DNA of 64,000 nt from Eledone cirrhosa (Eukaryota): contig OZ024755.1 of assembly GCA_964016885.1 (NCBI GenBank), forward strand, positions 434,001 to 498,000, in the 5' to 3' direction. The notes below the pieces were generated by a model, which made no database searches, was not told where the DNA came from, and saw only the letters and a list, made by a program, of their open reading frames with translations. This document shows, piece after piece, positions 24,446-39,625 of this stretch. The position numbers and the translations under genes are program-made. The stretch's first letter is position 1, and each line of letters starts with the position of its first letter.

Positions 24446-26196
24446 ACTTCACAAAACCTTTTTAAATAATTATTTTCTGGAAATTTTACTTCAAAATATT
24501 TCAAATTATAATATCATACCTTTGGAGCTTTGCGCCCACCAGATTCGCCACTGCAAAAAAAAAAAGAAAAAAAAAAGAATATAGAATAAATTATTTGCTT
24601 CAAAGATTTTGGCATCAAAATTGAAAGAAAAGAAGACACCAATCTAATTATTTTCGACAATTAGATTAATATTAAATAAAAATTTATCTTTTATTTATTT
24701 TATGTTGTTTTTTTTAACAGTCAAAACTTTTTTTTTAAAACCTTTTTTGGTTTCAAACTTCTACAATATAAAACTGTTTGCTTTAAAGGATTTATATTCA
24801 TTTAAAAATATATCGTAATTCTAGATACCTTTGAAAAAAGTGAAACAATAATGTTAAAAGTTCATAGAATGAGATAACAAATATTTACAGAAACATCACC
24901 ATCACCATTTAATGTCCATTTTTCTATACTAGCATGGGTTAGACAAACAGGAAAAAATAAAATTTGTTTGGAATATCATTTTTGTACAAAGTTGCTGCTA
25001 TTCAATCTAGTCAACACCAAAGAAATTAATCTAGTATGTACCAACTAAATTCACCTCATCAGTCTCAGCTGCAACTATCACCACAGTTTTCAATTTTAGA
25101 TGAACATATTACAGAGCAGAATGAAAGTAGTGCGGCCATATTTGTACAGGTAGAAGTAATTTTCTTTGCAATACTCAGATAATCTATTCCTTTTTTATGT
25201 GTTATTTCTTTTCTTTTCAACAAATATAATATTGAATAATTATGGTGCAGGCCTAACTGCGTAGTTATGGAATTCATTTTGTAATCATGTGGTTTGGGAT
25301 TTGATCCCAATACACAATATGTTAAGCAAGTATCTTCTATTAAAGTTATAGACCTACTAATGAATTGTGAGTGAATTTTGCAAACATAGACTGTGAGAAA
25401 ACCATCAAACACACACATAAACATATCTAACCCATGCTAGTGTTGAAAAATGAATATTAAACGATGATGATGATGATATATTGAACCCAGGAAATTTAGT
25501 TTCCACCAGTTATATACTATCTGTTAGTTGAAACTCCTGATAGAAATGTCCCTGCGTTTAGGTAACAGGTGGTGGGGTTTGAACTCACAATGGAGAGAGA
25601 CAAAATACAGATATCACAAAGAATCCAATCCAAAGCCTTTTAAGAATTTCACTACTCCACTACTAATGGTCTAAAAGTATGAAAAGTAAACTTGACTTTG
25701 GAAGGATTTGAACTGAAAATGCAGAGAACGGATACAAATACAAAAGTATTTAATAGAAATCTTGAAGAATTTTGTTAATTTACTGCCTAAATTGTAAACC
25801 TGTTTCCAAACCAAAGCTGTTCTTAATTGTAATTAATTATTTATAAGACTTCGTAATTAGTTACAATGGTCAATACAAGAATGTGTGTTCATTTGAACAA
25901 TAAGAGAGAAGAGTGCATGTTTAGAGTAACATTCATTTTATTTCTGTTATATTCAGAAACGTTCATTGGTGATGCTTCATCAATATTGATTACAAAATAC
26001 TTCCATTAATTTCCAACCAAGAGGGAGGGGGGTGTATGGGAAGAATAAAAAAAAAAACCTTTTTATCTTTCTATCTCTCATTCTATCTTCTTATAAAGGA
26101 CTAGTGTCCAAAATGTTAAGACTCTTTTTTTCTATTATTTCAAGTGTTGAGCTAAAATATTCCTTCATTGTACTGTGTTATTTTTTTTGCTACTTC

Positions 26197-26435
<239 letters not shown>

Positions 26436-26689
26436 AGACAGGTAGGCAAAGTATTTGCAGAAGATGCTGACACAGCTGTTCAAGAAAATTATATACACAC
26501 ATGTTAGTGCGACAATCAAACACACCCAGCTCAGTCTAAAGTTGTAGGACTGGTGCAATGATAAAATACTCACAGCATACATTGTAGATGATGTTGGGAA
26601 GGACGTTTAACAGTAGAAACAAAGTCAAAAACAGAACTCATTGTAAACACGGAAAATAGATGTTAAATGGCCACCACCACCACCACCAC

Positions 26690-26841
26690 CATCATCATCG
26701 TTTAACGTCTATCTTCCATGCTAGCATGGGTTTAGACAGGAATTGTCCCACGTGAGGCAAGATTGGTTGTCTTGCTCGTATAGGACTGTCTGACGGGTTT
26801 TCTACGGCTGGATGCCCTTCCTAACACCAACCACGTTTACA

Positions 26842-26845
<4 letters not shown>
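26690..26845 (-). mobile_element. RTE-LINE/SINE 3' end with (GAT)n tail
   Basis: CATCATCGTTTAACGTC...CCATGCTAGCATGGGTT...CTGGATGCCCTTCCTAACACCAACC. The same tail recurs at ~955, 12760, 24905, 25435, 30640, 35350, 36545, 39440, 52570 and 61450. Confidence 0.7.
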
Positions 26846-26897
<52 letters not shown>

Positions 26898-26940
26898 GAA
26901 AATGCAATGAGATCTTAAAGAAATAAGAGCAAATAACAAG

Positions 26941-27764
26941 TCTATATATATAAAACTGTGGTTGTCTGTCTGTCTATCGATTTTTGGCACACATCTCCTC
27001 TTAGAATCTCTCACGGAATTGCACCGAAATTGCTATACTTGTACATTGAGCCCTAGCGAAGACATCGGAAAAAAAAAATGTCAAATTGACCCACCCTATG
27101 TGACGAAATCGAATATAATGTATCGATTTTTGAGCGTAAGTTATCAGTTATTTCCCTTTGTTCTGTTTACATTGAGCGTCTTACGTAAAAAATTACGCTG
27201 GCTTTAACAGTTGTCGAGCCAGCAAAATATTGACCTGCAAAATTCATCAGTTCGAACACTAAGCTTCCGTTTTGCTTCATTTCCATTTAAAAGCATTTTA
27301 AAACAATATTTTTACTTGAAAACAAGTCTATTTAAAGACTACGTAAAACAAGCAAATATTTCGTCGTTAGGCGTGCAGACAGACAGTCGTGCAGAGAGGT
27401 GATATAGGCGTGCAGACAGACAGTCGTGCAGAGAGGTGATATAGGCGTGCAGACAGACATAACTGATAATTTGGTTACGCTAATGTTTTTCTCTGCGTTG
27501 CAGTGTTTACATTTTCGATCTTTGTTAATAAATAACCAGTGCAGTTTCTATCCCCAGCATCCTCTTTTGTTATAACATTCGGGTTATCGTTATGTTTTCT
27601 TAACTTCATAAGGCATATTGTTGGTTGAGGGAATATTAATCAAAAACACCACATGCAAGTCTGCACAGTAGACACTACAGTTTTTAAGCCAAGAAAGAAA
27701 CTTAACATTGTAACTTTAACACAGCTACTGAGCGACCCCGAGCAACGCCGGGCTTTACTGCTAG
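26941..27764 (+). mobile_element. Non-autonomous Helitron with an internal 37-bp tandem repeat
   Basis: 5' TCTATATATATAAAACTG...TGTCTGTCTG; 3' hairpin CCCGAGCAACGCCGGG then CTAG|T; internal GGCGTGCAGACAGACAGTCGTGCAGAGAGGTGATATA x2.5 at 27370-27460. Confidence 0.8.
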
Positions 27765-27841
27765 TATGTCTATAAAGGAAAGAGAATTGTATTTTGTCCA
27801 ATGTTAGGTGGTGAACTTAAAGTATTATTGAAAAGAGTAAT

Positions 27842-27980
27842 AATTGTTTCTACTTTAGGCACAAGGCCAGCAATTACCCAGTGTATTACTGGTACTTTAT
27901 TTTATCGACCCCCGTAAGGATGAAAGGCAAAGTCAACCTCGGCGGGATTTGAACTCAGATCGTAAAGGGACGTAACTATA
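27842..27980 (-). mobile_element. SINE copy
   Basis: Near-identical reverse complement of the 2245 family. Confidence 0.9.
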
Positions 27981-30186
27981 ATAACTATAAAAATATGAAA
28001 TATATGACAAACATGTCAAATCAAAATATTCATACTTATTTTTTGTAAATAACTGTTGTAAACATGTTGATTTCATAGATTTTGAACTATATTTAAATAG
28101 AAAATAAAAAAAAAAAACTTTAAATAAAATCAGCTACCAAATATATTAGAATGTTATAGAAAAAATTGAAATAAGTTGATTATGTATATATATTTTTTTC
28201 TTTTACAATACAGAAAGGAAATTGGTGAAAACCATTTCTTCCAATAAGAAAACTAACTTTTAAAATATATGTAGTCAAAGTTATATTCAAAGACTGGAAT
28301 GAAATGATAAAAGATGTTATGAAATGAAAATCCTGATTTTGTTTTATATATTTTATTTACTATATAATTGGAGGACTGGCTGTGTGGTTAACATGTTTGT
28401 TGTGTAGCTATGTGATTAGGGTTCAATCCCTCATATAGCCGTGGGTCAACCAATGCCTTGAGAGTAAATTTGGTAAACAATAGTTTGGAAACCTGTCATA
28501 TGCATGTACATGTGTGTGAATACATACATGTATGTGTGTGATGGGGGGGGGGGGGGACATGTGTGTAATCAACACGTTTAGATGACGTATATAAGCCAAA
28601 CCAACCCACTCCCATTTTACCATTGGTTTCTTGTCACATACTCCTTGGCTTATATTTGAGTATATATGGTGCTTGCATAATTGTTTCAGTTAAACAGCAA
28701 ATTGAAAGACATTGTTACATTTTATAGAAGAATAGGACAGATTTATAAAATGTCCTAATATAAGATTACATGAAAAACCTATGATCACTGAACTAGCTGT
28801 ACAAAGGAACAAATATAAAAATAAGTTTTCTTTCCATTTCTACACGAAATACTTATCAAGTCAAATGCTTCTAATGTGATAATGTTGTCAACTTATAAAG
28901 TACAACTTTAGAGTGTGATTTCCTGTTCAGTTACAAACCACTTAACTGTTATTTCCTTTTATTTTAACACAATAGATCAGTAAATCTTAACCAATCAAAA
29001 CAAAACAGTTATAATTGTATTCAACAAGGGACTCTACTTGTTCAACCAATCAAATTCCTTTTCTCCACTTTCTATTCCAAAAGCTGTTCTGTTAGGTAAG
29101 CAGCAACATACTTTTATCTCCAAAGATAAACACACTCAAACAGGTAATAATAAAGATGGTGGCCTGTTTGAAGAGGTGGCTGTTGCAGTGGGTGTTGTTG
29201 ACCATTCTCCACAATAACACCTTTGCCATTTTGTCCATGGGGTGTGGCTGAGGCACCCCTCAAACTGTGATGTAGTGTCAGTCCCTCCCCCTCTCCTTTT
29301 CTTTCATTGCTTGATTTATTTTTCCTTTTCCTTTATTTTTTGTTCCCTTAAACACTGTGTTTTGGGTTAGATGGGTTGTCACATTATGAGATAAGTTAGG
29401 CCCAGACACCACATCATGTTAATTGGGATCTGTATTTTGACTTGGTTTCTACAACTGGATGCCCTTCCTAACACCAACCATGTTACATACAATTAGTAAT
29501 ATAATATTCAACATGTTTTTTATTATATCCACCAAAGTCAAAGATATAATAACGGTAATGCGGTGGGGTTAATCCAATCACAAATGAATATTTTGGCTTT
29601 GTTTCGAGTGATAACAAAACAAAATCAATATTACAATAGAAGCAATACATGAAGTACTAAATATTACAATACAGATAGATATGAAACTACAAAATATAAC
29701 AAACTTATGCCAAATTGAAAAACAAAAACTGATGATGGATGATGACAACTTTTATTTATTCTTATGAATTCTTTTTTATTATTTCACTATATTATACTTA
29801 TTTATTTTTAGCTTCTTTCTTTTATTTTCTACTGCTACCCCAATATACAAATTAACTTAGGTGTAGAGAAGGAGAAATGTTGATGACCTTTGCATGTCCT
29901 CTCAGACTGGTCAGATTATTGGGGTTGATATACAGTTTGAACATTTATTTGTAGCTCAATGTTTACTAGAAAAGGTATGAGCAGGAACAGAAAGGAAATC
30001 TTAGAGGCTTTGAAATGTTAGCAGTGATAAGAGGCTGGGTGGAATCTCAGAGTGGTAATACAATAGCAAGGATGGATGGAGGAAAGACTGACGGATTAAA
30101 TGGAGTAGAGTGGCAAAGGTAAATGGCTAGCTAGTTCAGAAGACCAGAAGTCTTTATATATATATATATATATAGTACTTACTCTC

Positions 30187-30214
30187 CTGATGAAGGGCTA
30201 AAGTCCAATATGTC
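30187..30214 (+). ncRNA. Degenerate minimal hammerhead ribozyme (Penelope-type relic)
   Basis: CTGATGA-A-GGGC TAAA GTCC (stem II)-AATATGTC, versus canonical GAAACGTC. Two of the three changes are CpG-type transitions. Confidence 0.5.
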
Positions 30215-30377
30215 AAACTCCTTTTTCTCTCTTTCATCTAAGCCTAAACCTAATAACATTGTTTTGTATCTCTGTGTTTGCCTTTTTTTAAATATATATA
30301 TATATATTATTAGAAAGTGAGGTTTTTTTACAAAATGAAAAATAACCGAGGTGTCCTACACGAGTGAAAGTATAAAG

Positions 30378-30630
30378 AAAAAAAGATGAATTCGAAAATG
30401 TAACTGGAGTCTTATTTTTTTAAAAATATATATATTTATTTGGTTCCTTTACCGGTTTTGCAGTTCTCCTGCTTTTCTCACATCTGATGTGAGAAAAACC
30501 ACAGACCCTCCATCTCAACTCTACTTTTGAAAAGCAGAAGAACTGCGAAACCGGTAAAGGAACCAAATAAATATATATATATTTTTTTTTAAATAAGACT
30601 CCAATTGCATTTTCGATTTCATCTTTTTTT
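30378..30630. repeat. Long palindrome / foldback (~100-bp arms)
   Basis: 30378-30484 is an imperfect reverse complement of 30486-30497 plus 30534-30630. The axis is at CATC-T-GATG (30485), with a 36-nt interruption flanked by GAAAA. Confidence 0.95.
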
Positions 30631-32205
30631 ATATCATCATCATCACCGTTTTACGTCCGTTCGTCCACGCTAGCATGGGTTAGACGGGTTGTCCTGTTGT
30701 GGGCAGTGTCTGGTCGGCTGACCATGCTTTGCTCATACAGGAACTGATCTGGCTTGATTTCTACAGCTGGATGCCCTTCCTAACACCAACCTCATTTACA
30801 GTGAGTGCTGGGTGCTTTTTTTCCGTGGCGCCTACACGTCCACTTTACAGTGTGGGCTGGGTGCTTTTTTGCCGTGGCACCTCCACGACCACCTAAGTAA
30901 CAATCCTATATATGTAGCCTATCTCATATGTAACATAATAAAAGACTTTCCTGAGTTGATAGAAACTTACAATCTAGCTAAAAGTCAAATACTGTATCCA
31001 CTCAGTTGTTTTACTTCTACCATACAACAAAAAGACAAATTTGTTGGAAAAAAAGGATAATCCTAGTATTACTTTCTGATCAATGTTTCATATTGATTTT
31101 TGGCAAAAAAAAAACATTTTTAATGCAAGCCTAATGTTTTTTGTTTTTTTTTACTATTTGTTTTTTTTTCTTGTTTTGCTTTGTTCTGTTTTTTGAGAAA
31201 TCTCACATAAATTCTGATTGTATGTGCATGTATATGTTTGTATCTGTGTGTCTTTCTGTTTGTGCATATCTTATCTCTCTCTCTCTGTGCGTGTGTGTGT
31301 GTGTGTCTTCTCACCAAACCCTACTACAGTTCATCCAGCTGAACTATGGCAGATCATATCAAACAGTCAGTGAAAATCAAAAGGAAACATTCATGAAACA
31401 ATCCACAGAAATATTTTAATAAGGTTTTCAATGACAGATTAGAAAATAATGACAAACTAAATCTAAAGAAGAAATGGAGGAAAGATATACTTTTAACTTC
31501 ATATTTTACAACACTAATCAACAATAGTCTTACATGGAACTTTCTTATTTGGAGAAATTAAATCCACAAAGGGATTGTAAAATATTTGGATAAAGTGTGT
31601 ATGTGTATAGGGCATGTTTGTATGTATATACGTACATAATGTTTGTTTGTGCATGTATATATATGTATGTTTGTTTGTATATGGAGAGGGTGTAATGCAT
31701 ATACACCCCCACATCTCCATATGTACAGATATCCACCCACCCCCACATACCCACATGTACAGATACCCCCCTCTCCCAACATATTCCTTACATTTAACCA
31801 TCACTATTAAACCAGATAAGATTGTTCTTTTATATCATTATTTGGAAACTTAAGCTGATATTTACCATCAAAGAATTGAACAAAAAAAATATCTAATAAA
31901 GACAAAAACACGAGCCTTCTTCTTTTCACTGCATCTTAAATATTGACTTCTTCCATGGATATTGACAAAATTTAGAGAAAGTTTAGAAAAAAAAATATAA
32001 TGAAAGCTTTTAATATTTTAATGCAACAAGAGACATAATTGGAATGACAAAAGATTCAATATTCCATATCCACAACCTCATCTTAAAAGCCACCACTACC
32101 ACTGCCACCACCACAGCTACCATCACCTTCACCACCATCGCCATGTAAGCAGCCTGGGTTAACTTTAGGGAAATTTGTAATAATAGCAGTTTTATTTTCA
32201 TTATG

Positions 32206-32422
32206 CATACTAGCTAGTTCGCTCTGCTTCTCTCTTCCATACATTGTACATACTAGCTAGTTCGCTCTGCTTCTCTCTTCCATACATTGTACATACTAGC
32301 TAGTTCGTTCTGCTTCTCTCTTCCATACATTGTACATACTAGCTAGTTCACTCTGCTTCTCTCTTCCATACATTGTACATACTAGCTAGTTCGTTCTGCT
32401 TCTCTCTTCCATACATTGTACA
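32206..32422. repeat. 43-bp tandem repeat, 5 copies
   Basis: CATACTAGCTAGTTCGCTCTGCTTCTCTCTTCCATACATTGTA x5. Confidence 0.97.
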
Positions 32423-35400
32423 AAAATAAGGCATTTTTTCTTGTTGTATGACGTTATTTCCATTTTGGTAAAACAATTAGAAATTTAGGGCCTCTCTTTA
32501 CAATAAACAGATTTTGTAAATACAATGATCAGCCAATGTAATCTGATGCATAAAATTTATGATAAAATCAATGATTGCTCTCTCCCTCTCTCTATTTTTA
32601 AACAAATGAAATGGCCTACATCAAGAATTTGAAGCTGATGTCAAAAATCAATACTGCCATTAAGTTAGTGAATACGAAGAATCTACAACGGAAGCTTCAG
32701 TGAGTTATAACTGACACTGAAATTACCACTTAGTGTCACTAGCTTTAAAAATAAGCAATTAATTAGTGCGCCACTAGTCAACACTACCATAAGCTTTGCA
32801 ATATGATTTCTCCTCATTTAGACACAACGCTGATTCTAATGTAATTATAAATGGTAAATCTTTAAATATTATATATGCAAATAGAAAATAGATGGGCTTT
32901 AATTTATTGCAATATTTATTATTTCAAGCCTGCCCCCTCCCCCCCTCTCAAAACAACAAAAACAGCCCCCCACCTCCCACAAAAAAAAAATTGTATGAAA
33001 AATAATATTTAAAATATAGCAATATGACATTCCATATATTTTACTGCTTGATATAATTATGCAGAAAATCTAAGATTAAAAAGGAATTAAAATAATAAAA
33101 ATTAATAATGAATTCATAGATTAATATTTAATTATACTGTATTAATTATTGATATCAAAGATACATGTTTTATCACCTGTTTACCTGATTATTAACAAAC
33201 CATGTGATCCTGTATATAAAAGTTATTGTAGAAACTTTATAATGATTAATTATTAATTCAGTCATCTTCCTAAATATGATGGTTAGGTGTAAAATTACTC
33301 CCTCACCTGTTTCAAAGGATTGGCTAAATCAACTCAAATTGGAATGCATATTTCAAATGTTTTCTATATTTTGTCTGCTAGGACCATGAGATGACATGAA
33401 TCTGGGTTTCTGGATGTCAAAACATCATTGTGGTGATGGTAAAAATGGTAAAAAAAAAGACCCCCTTCGGTGAATGGTACGGATATATGAAGAGATGTGA
33501 ATGGTGTATTAAAAGATTTTGTGGATTTATCATGTAGATCATTATCATCTTCACCACCATTTTTTTATGATGATGATGATGATTTACCTGGAAGATCGAC
33601 AAATTAAAGAGAATTAATATCTAATATATAGGTAAATGGAAGATGCCAAGTGTTCAATTAAAATTAATTTATTGGAACAAAATAGTCAGAAAGTCTAAGG
33701 ACTGAATATATTTCCGAAAAATGTAAATTATCTTCGATTTTAAATAACAGAATTATTTCTTCCTAAATAACTGTAATTTTATAAACTGTCTTGGAGGATA
33801 TATAGTAAATTCATTAATTGTAATCAAAATAGAACTTTCATTGTGAAATTTTATTTTATTTACTTTATCCTAATTGATTTTTCATAATTACATCCTTTTG
33901 CAAAAATCAATTTTGAACACCTTTCGTGAATAATTTTGTTGGAATTTTCTTCTACTTACAGTTGACACATTTCCTGCAAACATGTGATCTAATAAATGGT
34001 TGTGGAACAGAGAAGACAGGAAAGAATGGAAATGAGAATGGTTTGGTGAATGAGCCGAGAAAGAGAGAGAGTGGAAGGTAGACAAATCGGAATTGCGGAG
34101 GATGATGTGAATGGCGAGACATTGATGAATGTTGTGAAGAGAAATGGAATGAGATGGCTGGGTCATGTGGTGAATGTGACTAGGTAAGAGGAGTTATAAT
34201 AGTAATGAATGTGGTAGGAAGTAGAGGGAGGGGAAGGAGATAGAGAGGATGGGGCAAAAGGAAGAAGCTTGTCATAGAAACACACACAAGGCTAATCTTG
34301 CTTTAGCAGGGAAAATAGCCTGAAAACACTTGTTGTCACACGACCTGATAAATACCAAAGAAGAATATATGTGACAATGGAAATTTACTGGCTTGTTGTT
34401 ATAATACATTAGTGTAACACAAGCAACATACATTGTGGTTGTTGGAGTTGTTGCAGTAATATGTGGTTTAATCATCATTTTTACAATTGGTTGTATGGAT
34501 TTAGATGAAACCACCTTTCATTCTACAATATCAAACTTTTTAAAGTGTTTATATTTATCAAAACATTCCAACATAATTTTATATAATAACCTTTGTTAGG
34601 TGATGCCCCAAACACCAACTTAAGGAAAAAGTACTTTTTCTAAATTTCTTCAAATTTCTTTTATTATTTTCAAAATTATTTGAAAATCTTAGCAGTGTCT
34701 TTCATTAGAAATATATTAAGGAAAGGGTTGAGCAACAAAACAAACTGCTATCAATTGTATTAAAACTACAACTTTTAATGATTTAGAATTGATACACCAC
34801 AAAAGAACAATATTTCATTTATCTTAGGTCAATGTGGTTAGAATATATTGCTAGGTTGAGAAATAAAATATTCTAACCAAAATATATTATTTTGTTGGGT
34901 GATAGGTCTTTCACAACAGTCAGCTGGTTTGAGTTTTTTTTTTTTATTGATCTTTGCCAAGTACAGTTCTTCTAGCAATCTTAACCAGAAATACAGTATC
35001 TTTGGTTTTATAACCTGGCACGGAGCCAGACAACATAAAAACCAAAGTTATACACACAATTTAGGACTGGTGCATAACAAATAACTTACACCTCAATACA
35101 CTGAAATCATTATCCAAACTTTACACAGCAGATACTAAACCATACTGAAAGCATCTCATACTTCCTGTAATAATAGCCTAATACTTACTCTCAAGCACTA
35201 AATAATTCCAACAGCTCACATTTAACTTTACAAAAATCTACAAGCAATATAGTCAGTCACGTATATTAACAGAAACCAAGAAAACATTTCATATTATCGG
35301 ATTACCAATATTTATTACTTACAATGAAAATGGAGAAACACACATCATCATCATCATCATCATCATCATTGTTTAACGTCCATCTTCCACGCTAGCATGG

Positions 35401-37139
35401 GTTACACACATGTAGAAAACAATACCATGTTACATACAGATCATGTGGTTATAGTAAGGCAATATTTGATTACCATATATATATATATACTTCTGCAACA
35501 GTCAAACTCATATAAGATAAGAGTCAGCCAATATTTGGCTAAAAGTTTTGATTCTCCCATGTACCTCCTGTAAAGATCAACTCTAGTTCTATACAGACAA
35601 CATATCAACATTTGTGAATATAAATTCTATGATGAGGAAATTAATTTAAGACCCTTTAAATAATATTGTTTCCATATTTCTAATGAAAAACACTGTATAA
35701 ATTTTTAAAATAATTTTGAAAAAAAAAAACAACTCTCTCTACAATGAACACTTCTATTGTCCTAGGTTCAAGGCCCAAACTTGGCAACAGAGAAACAGAA
35801 TAGTACCAAGTAAAATAAATAATACAACAACAACAATAATAATAGGATATATCTTTTAGTTTATGTAGTTTCTATTAATGTTGTAAATATTATTTCTTAC
35901 TCACATGTTATTAATAATATTGCTGTGATAATATCACAAGTTAAATACTTGCTCTAGATCTTCATTCAACTCTGATTACCAAACATAGAAGCTTCTTTCT
36001 TGATGCTAAACTTAATATCAGTTAATCTTATCTTATCTGCGTCAACTGATTTAAACTCACAAAGATCAATGTTTAGTGGCTGTAATATTATATTTCTATA
36101 ACAGAGAGTCCTTCTTTATAAAACATAATGCAGCAATGAGTTAATGTGGGAACTTCTACATAGCTGCTTGACCTTCTAGAAATAACAGCCAAATTAATTT
36201 GAATCATATAATCTACCAACTAAAAAAATTGACACAGTATATAATATAGTCAATACAAATAGATGGAATGGTCATGGCTAGAATGTCTTTTATTAAAAGT
36301 TTGTTGAATCAGGGCTGGCTTGGGACTACTCAGCTACAAATAAATAGTGTAAAAGTCTAGTCTCGAGCCTGGAGGCTCATCAAGCCAATGCTTCTCCAGT
36401 TTTTGTGGCATTAAATGACAGAGAGTACAAGACTCACCCTGAACAGGACACCAGTCTATTGCAGGATTAAAGTCTGTCTGAGCATGATGTGATCTCTTGA
36501 TCTGACTTGGCTCATAATGTGACAATCCATCTAACCCAGGCAAGCATGGAAAAATGGACGTTAAACAATGATGATGATGATAATAATATATATATACACA
36601 TGTGTAGGTGTGAAGAGAGGGAGATAAAAAAAAAAGTACCCACAGAGATAGAATTGACTGACGCTTGAAGTCAGTGCTGTAGCATGGCCACAGTCTAATG
36701 ATTGAAACCAGTAAAAGAATAAAATATTAAAAACATGCCATAATCTAAATCTGTAGAAAGGTATTAGATAAAATTAAAAAAAAAGTACAAGACAATATAT
36801 TTAAGTGTTTTACATTAGATCATGTCTGCAAACTGAGAGAAACAAAAAACAGACAAACAATTATCTATCTATCTATTTCTTTCTTTCTCTCTCGATACAT
36901 ATATATATATACACATAAATATATATGTGCATGATATATATATAAAGAGGGAGAGGGGTCGTCATTGCTACTTCAAATTGTAGTATACATTAGATGTGTC
37001 AATTTAAAATATCAAATTTTCTGTCTGATTATTGAATGTATGTATAAAAAAAAATCTTATATCAAAAATACTATCAGAGAAAAAATAGAGGAAAATAGTA
37101 TTTATGATGTACCAGTAGAGAGGGGGGTGGGGGGTGGAG

Positions 37140-38672
37140 AGAGAGAGAGAGTGGAAGAAAGTATTCATGTGAGATTTTGCACGCGTGAGAATGTCTACAC
37201 ATGTGAGCACATGTGCGAGTGAGTCCACAGGTGTGTGAGTGAATGCACATGTATGTGTGCATGTGTAAAAGAGTGTATGTATAAGAATATGTATGAGTGT
37301 TTGTGTTTTTATGTGCACTTGTGCGCGTGTGGGTGAGTGTATGCATGTGTAATATATATATATATGGGTATGTGAATATGCAGATGTGGGTACATGTGTG
37401 AGTATGAACATGAGCAAGAATGTATGTGAACATTGTGTGTCTGTGTGCATACGTGTATGTATGTAAGTGTGAGTATGTGCACACGTGCGTGTATATGTGA
37501 GAGTACATAAATTTATGAGTACAGATGCAGGCAAAGCATGAGTGCTGTGTGTGAGTGCAGTACTTGTGATGTACACCATAATGAGTGCATGAGGGAGAGG
37601 GAGGAAGTGATTGTATGCATGTCGTTTGTAGGAACTAGAAGCCATGTGCAGCAGCAAGAACCAGTATGTGCAGAAGTGTGTGTGTGCACATGCACGCATG
37701 CATAAGTGTAAGCACCATTGACTGAATGCATACAAGGGAGAAACTGAAGTATCATGGGAGGGGGGGGAGTCTGTGAGAGAGAGAGTGTGTGTGTAGAGAG
37801 AGAGAGTGTGTGTGTAGAGAGAGAGAGAGAGTGTGTGTGTAGAGAGAGTGTGTGTGTGTAGAGAGAGAGAGAGAGTGTGTGTGTAGAGAGAGTGTGTGTG
37901 TAGAGAGAGTGTGTGTGTGTAGAGAGAGAGAGAGTGTGTGTGTGTAGAGAGAGAGAGAGTGTGTGTGTAGAGAGAGAGAGAGTGTGTGTGTAGAGAGAGT
38001 GTGTGCGTGTAGAGAGAGAGAGAGAGTGTGTGTGTAGGCATGTATGTGTGTTGCACACATACATGCACAATTGACTGGGTAGACATACAAGTGAGAGAGA
38101 AAGAGAGAGAATGTGTGTGTGTGTGTGAGAGACAGAGAGAAAGAGAGAGAGAGAGAGAATGTGTGTGTGTGAGAGAGAGAGAGAAAGAGAGACAGAGAGA
38201 GACAGAGACAGAAAGAGAGACAGAGAGAGACAGAGACAGAAAGAGAGACAGAGAAAGAAAGAAAGACAGAGAGAGACAGAGAAAGAAAGAGAGACAGAGA
38301 GAGACAGAGAGAGACAGAGAAAGACAGAGAAAGAAAGAGAGACAGAGAGAGACAGAGAGAGAAAGAGAGAGAGAGAGAATATGTATGTGTGTGTGTGTGT
38401 GTGTGTGTGAGAGAGTTGTAGAGTGTTTAATACTCTGTGTGTGCAATAATGTGAGTGCAACAGTGTGTGTGTGCGCACACCATAGAGTGTATATGTGTGT
38501 ATGTGTGCAAAGTAGTTTGTGAATCTATGTACACCATAGAGTGTGTGTATGTGTGTGCACCATAGACTGTGTGTATGCAACAGTGTGTGTGTGTGTGTTC
38601 ACCATAGTGTGTGTATGCAACAGTGTGTGTGTGTGTGCACCACAGTGTGTGTATGTGTGTGTGTGTTCGTAT
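37140..38672. repeat. Compound low-complexity microsatellite (TG/GA/GAGACA)
   Basis: Mixed (TG)n, (AG)n and (GACAGA)n blocks, which generate spurious ORFs. Confidence 0.95.
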
Positions 38673-38867
38673 GTGAGATAGTGGAAGATTTTATTGATTT
38701 TTCTGAAAATATCAGTTGTTGTTGTTTTTTAAATGTAATGTTTCTATAAAGCTACATCAGACATTAGAAAGATGAAGTCAGTTCTAAGAGAATGAAATAG
38801 TGTAAAAGTGTGTTCTAACCAGTGATTGGCTGCTGAACAGGTAAGCACTGGAAAATTAAAAAAAAAA

Positions 38868-39215
38868 ACACCAACAGCAACAACATTAAACCAAAACACC
38901 AACACTGCCACCAATACCAGCACCAATAACAACACCACCAACACCAACAACAACACCACAACCACCAACACCACCGACAACAACAACAACACCAACACTG
39001 CCACCAATACCAGCACCAATAACAACACCACCAACACCAACAACAACACCACAACCACCACCGACAACAACAACACCACCAACACTGCCACCAATACCAG
39101 CACCAATAACAACACCACCAACACAAACAACACCACCAACACCACCACAACCACCAACACCACCACCACCACCGACAACAACAACAACACCAACACAAAC
39201 AGCAACACCACCACC
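38868..39215. repeat. (ACC/AAC) degenerate trinucleotide array with higher-order repeats
   Basis: AACACTGCCACCAATACCAGCACCAATAACAACACCACC repeated 3x among AAC/ACC runs. Confidence 0.95.
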
Positions 39216-39520
39216 ATAATTCATTGAGCAATGCTTATGTGAGCTTGTTGAAATATTACTTGTGGGAAATTAAAACCTTGAGAAAAAAATCAACCATTTT
39301 CAGATTCCTGCATCATTTTTTTCCAGACATATTCTCAAATATGAAATAACCATAATCTACTTCCCGATGGCTGAAGTTAACAAGACGTTAACAGTTAGTG
39401 ATAGGCTGTTAGTGATAGGCTGTTGGACATTTATCATCATCACTGTTTAATGTCCATTTTTCCATAATAGCATGGGTTAGATAAAATATAATTATTATCA
39501 TTTAACATCCCTTTATTAAT

Positions 39521-39625
39521 TAGTGGTTAGGGAATTGGATTTGATATTGTGAGGTTGCAAGTTCGATTCCTGGACTGAGTGATGCCTTGTGTCCTTAAGC
39601 AAGACACTTTATATCGTGTTGCTCC
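39521..39625 (+). mobile_element. tRNA-derived SINE head (second family)
   Basis: A-box TAGTGGTTAG, B-box GTTCGATTCC, then GTGTCCTTAAGCAAGACACTTTA. It ends exactly where fragment B begins. Confidence 0.7.

Noticed and set aside
37004-39231. Long low-complexity ORFs (480, 355, 157 aa etc.)
   Set aside because: Translations of compound microsatellites and ACC/AAC arrays.
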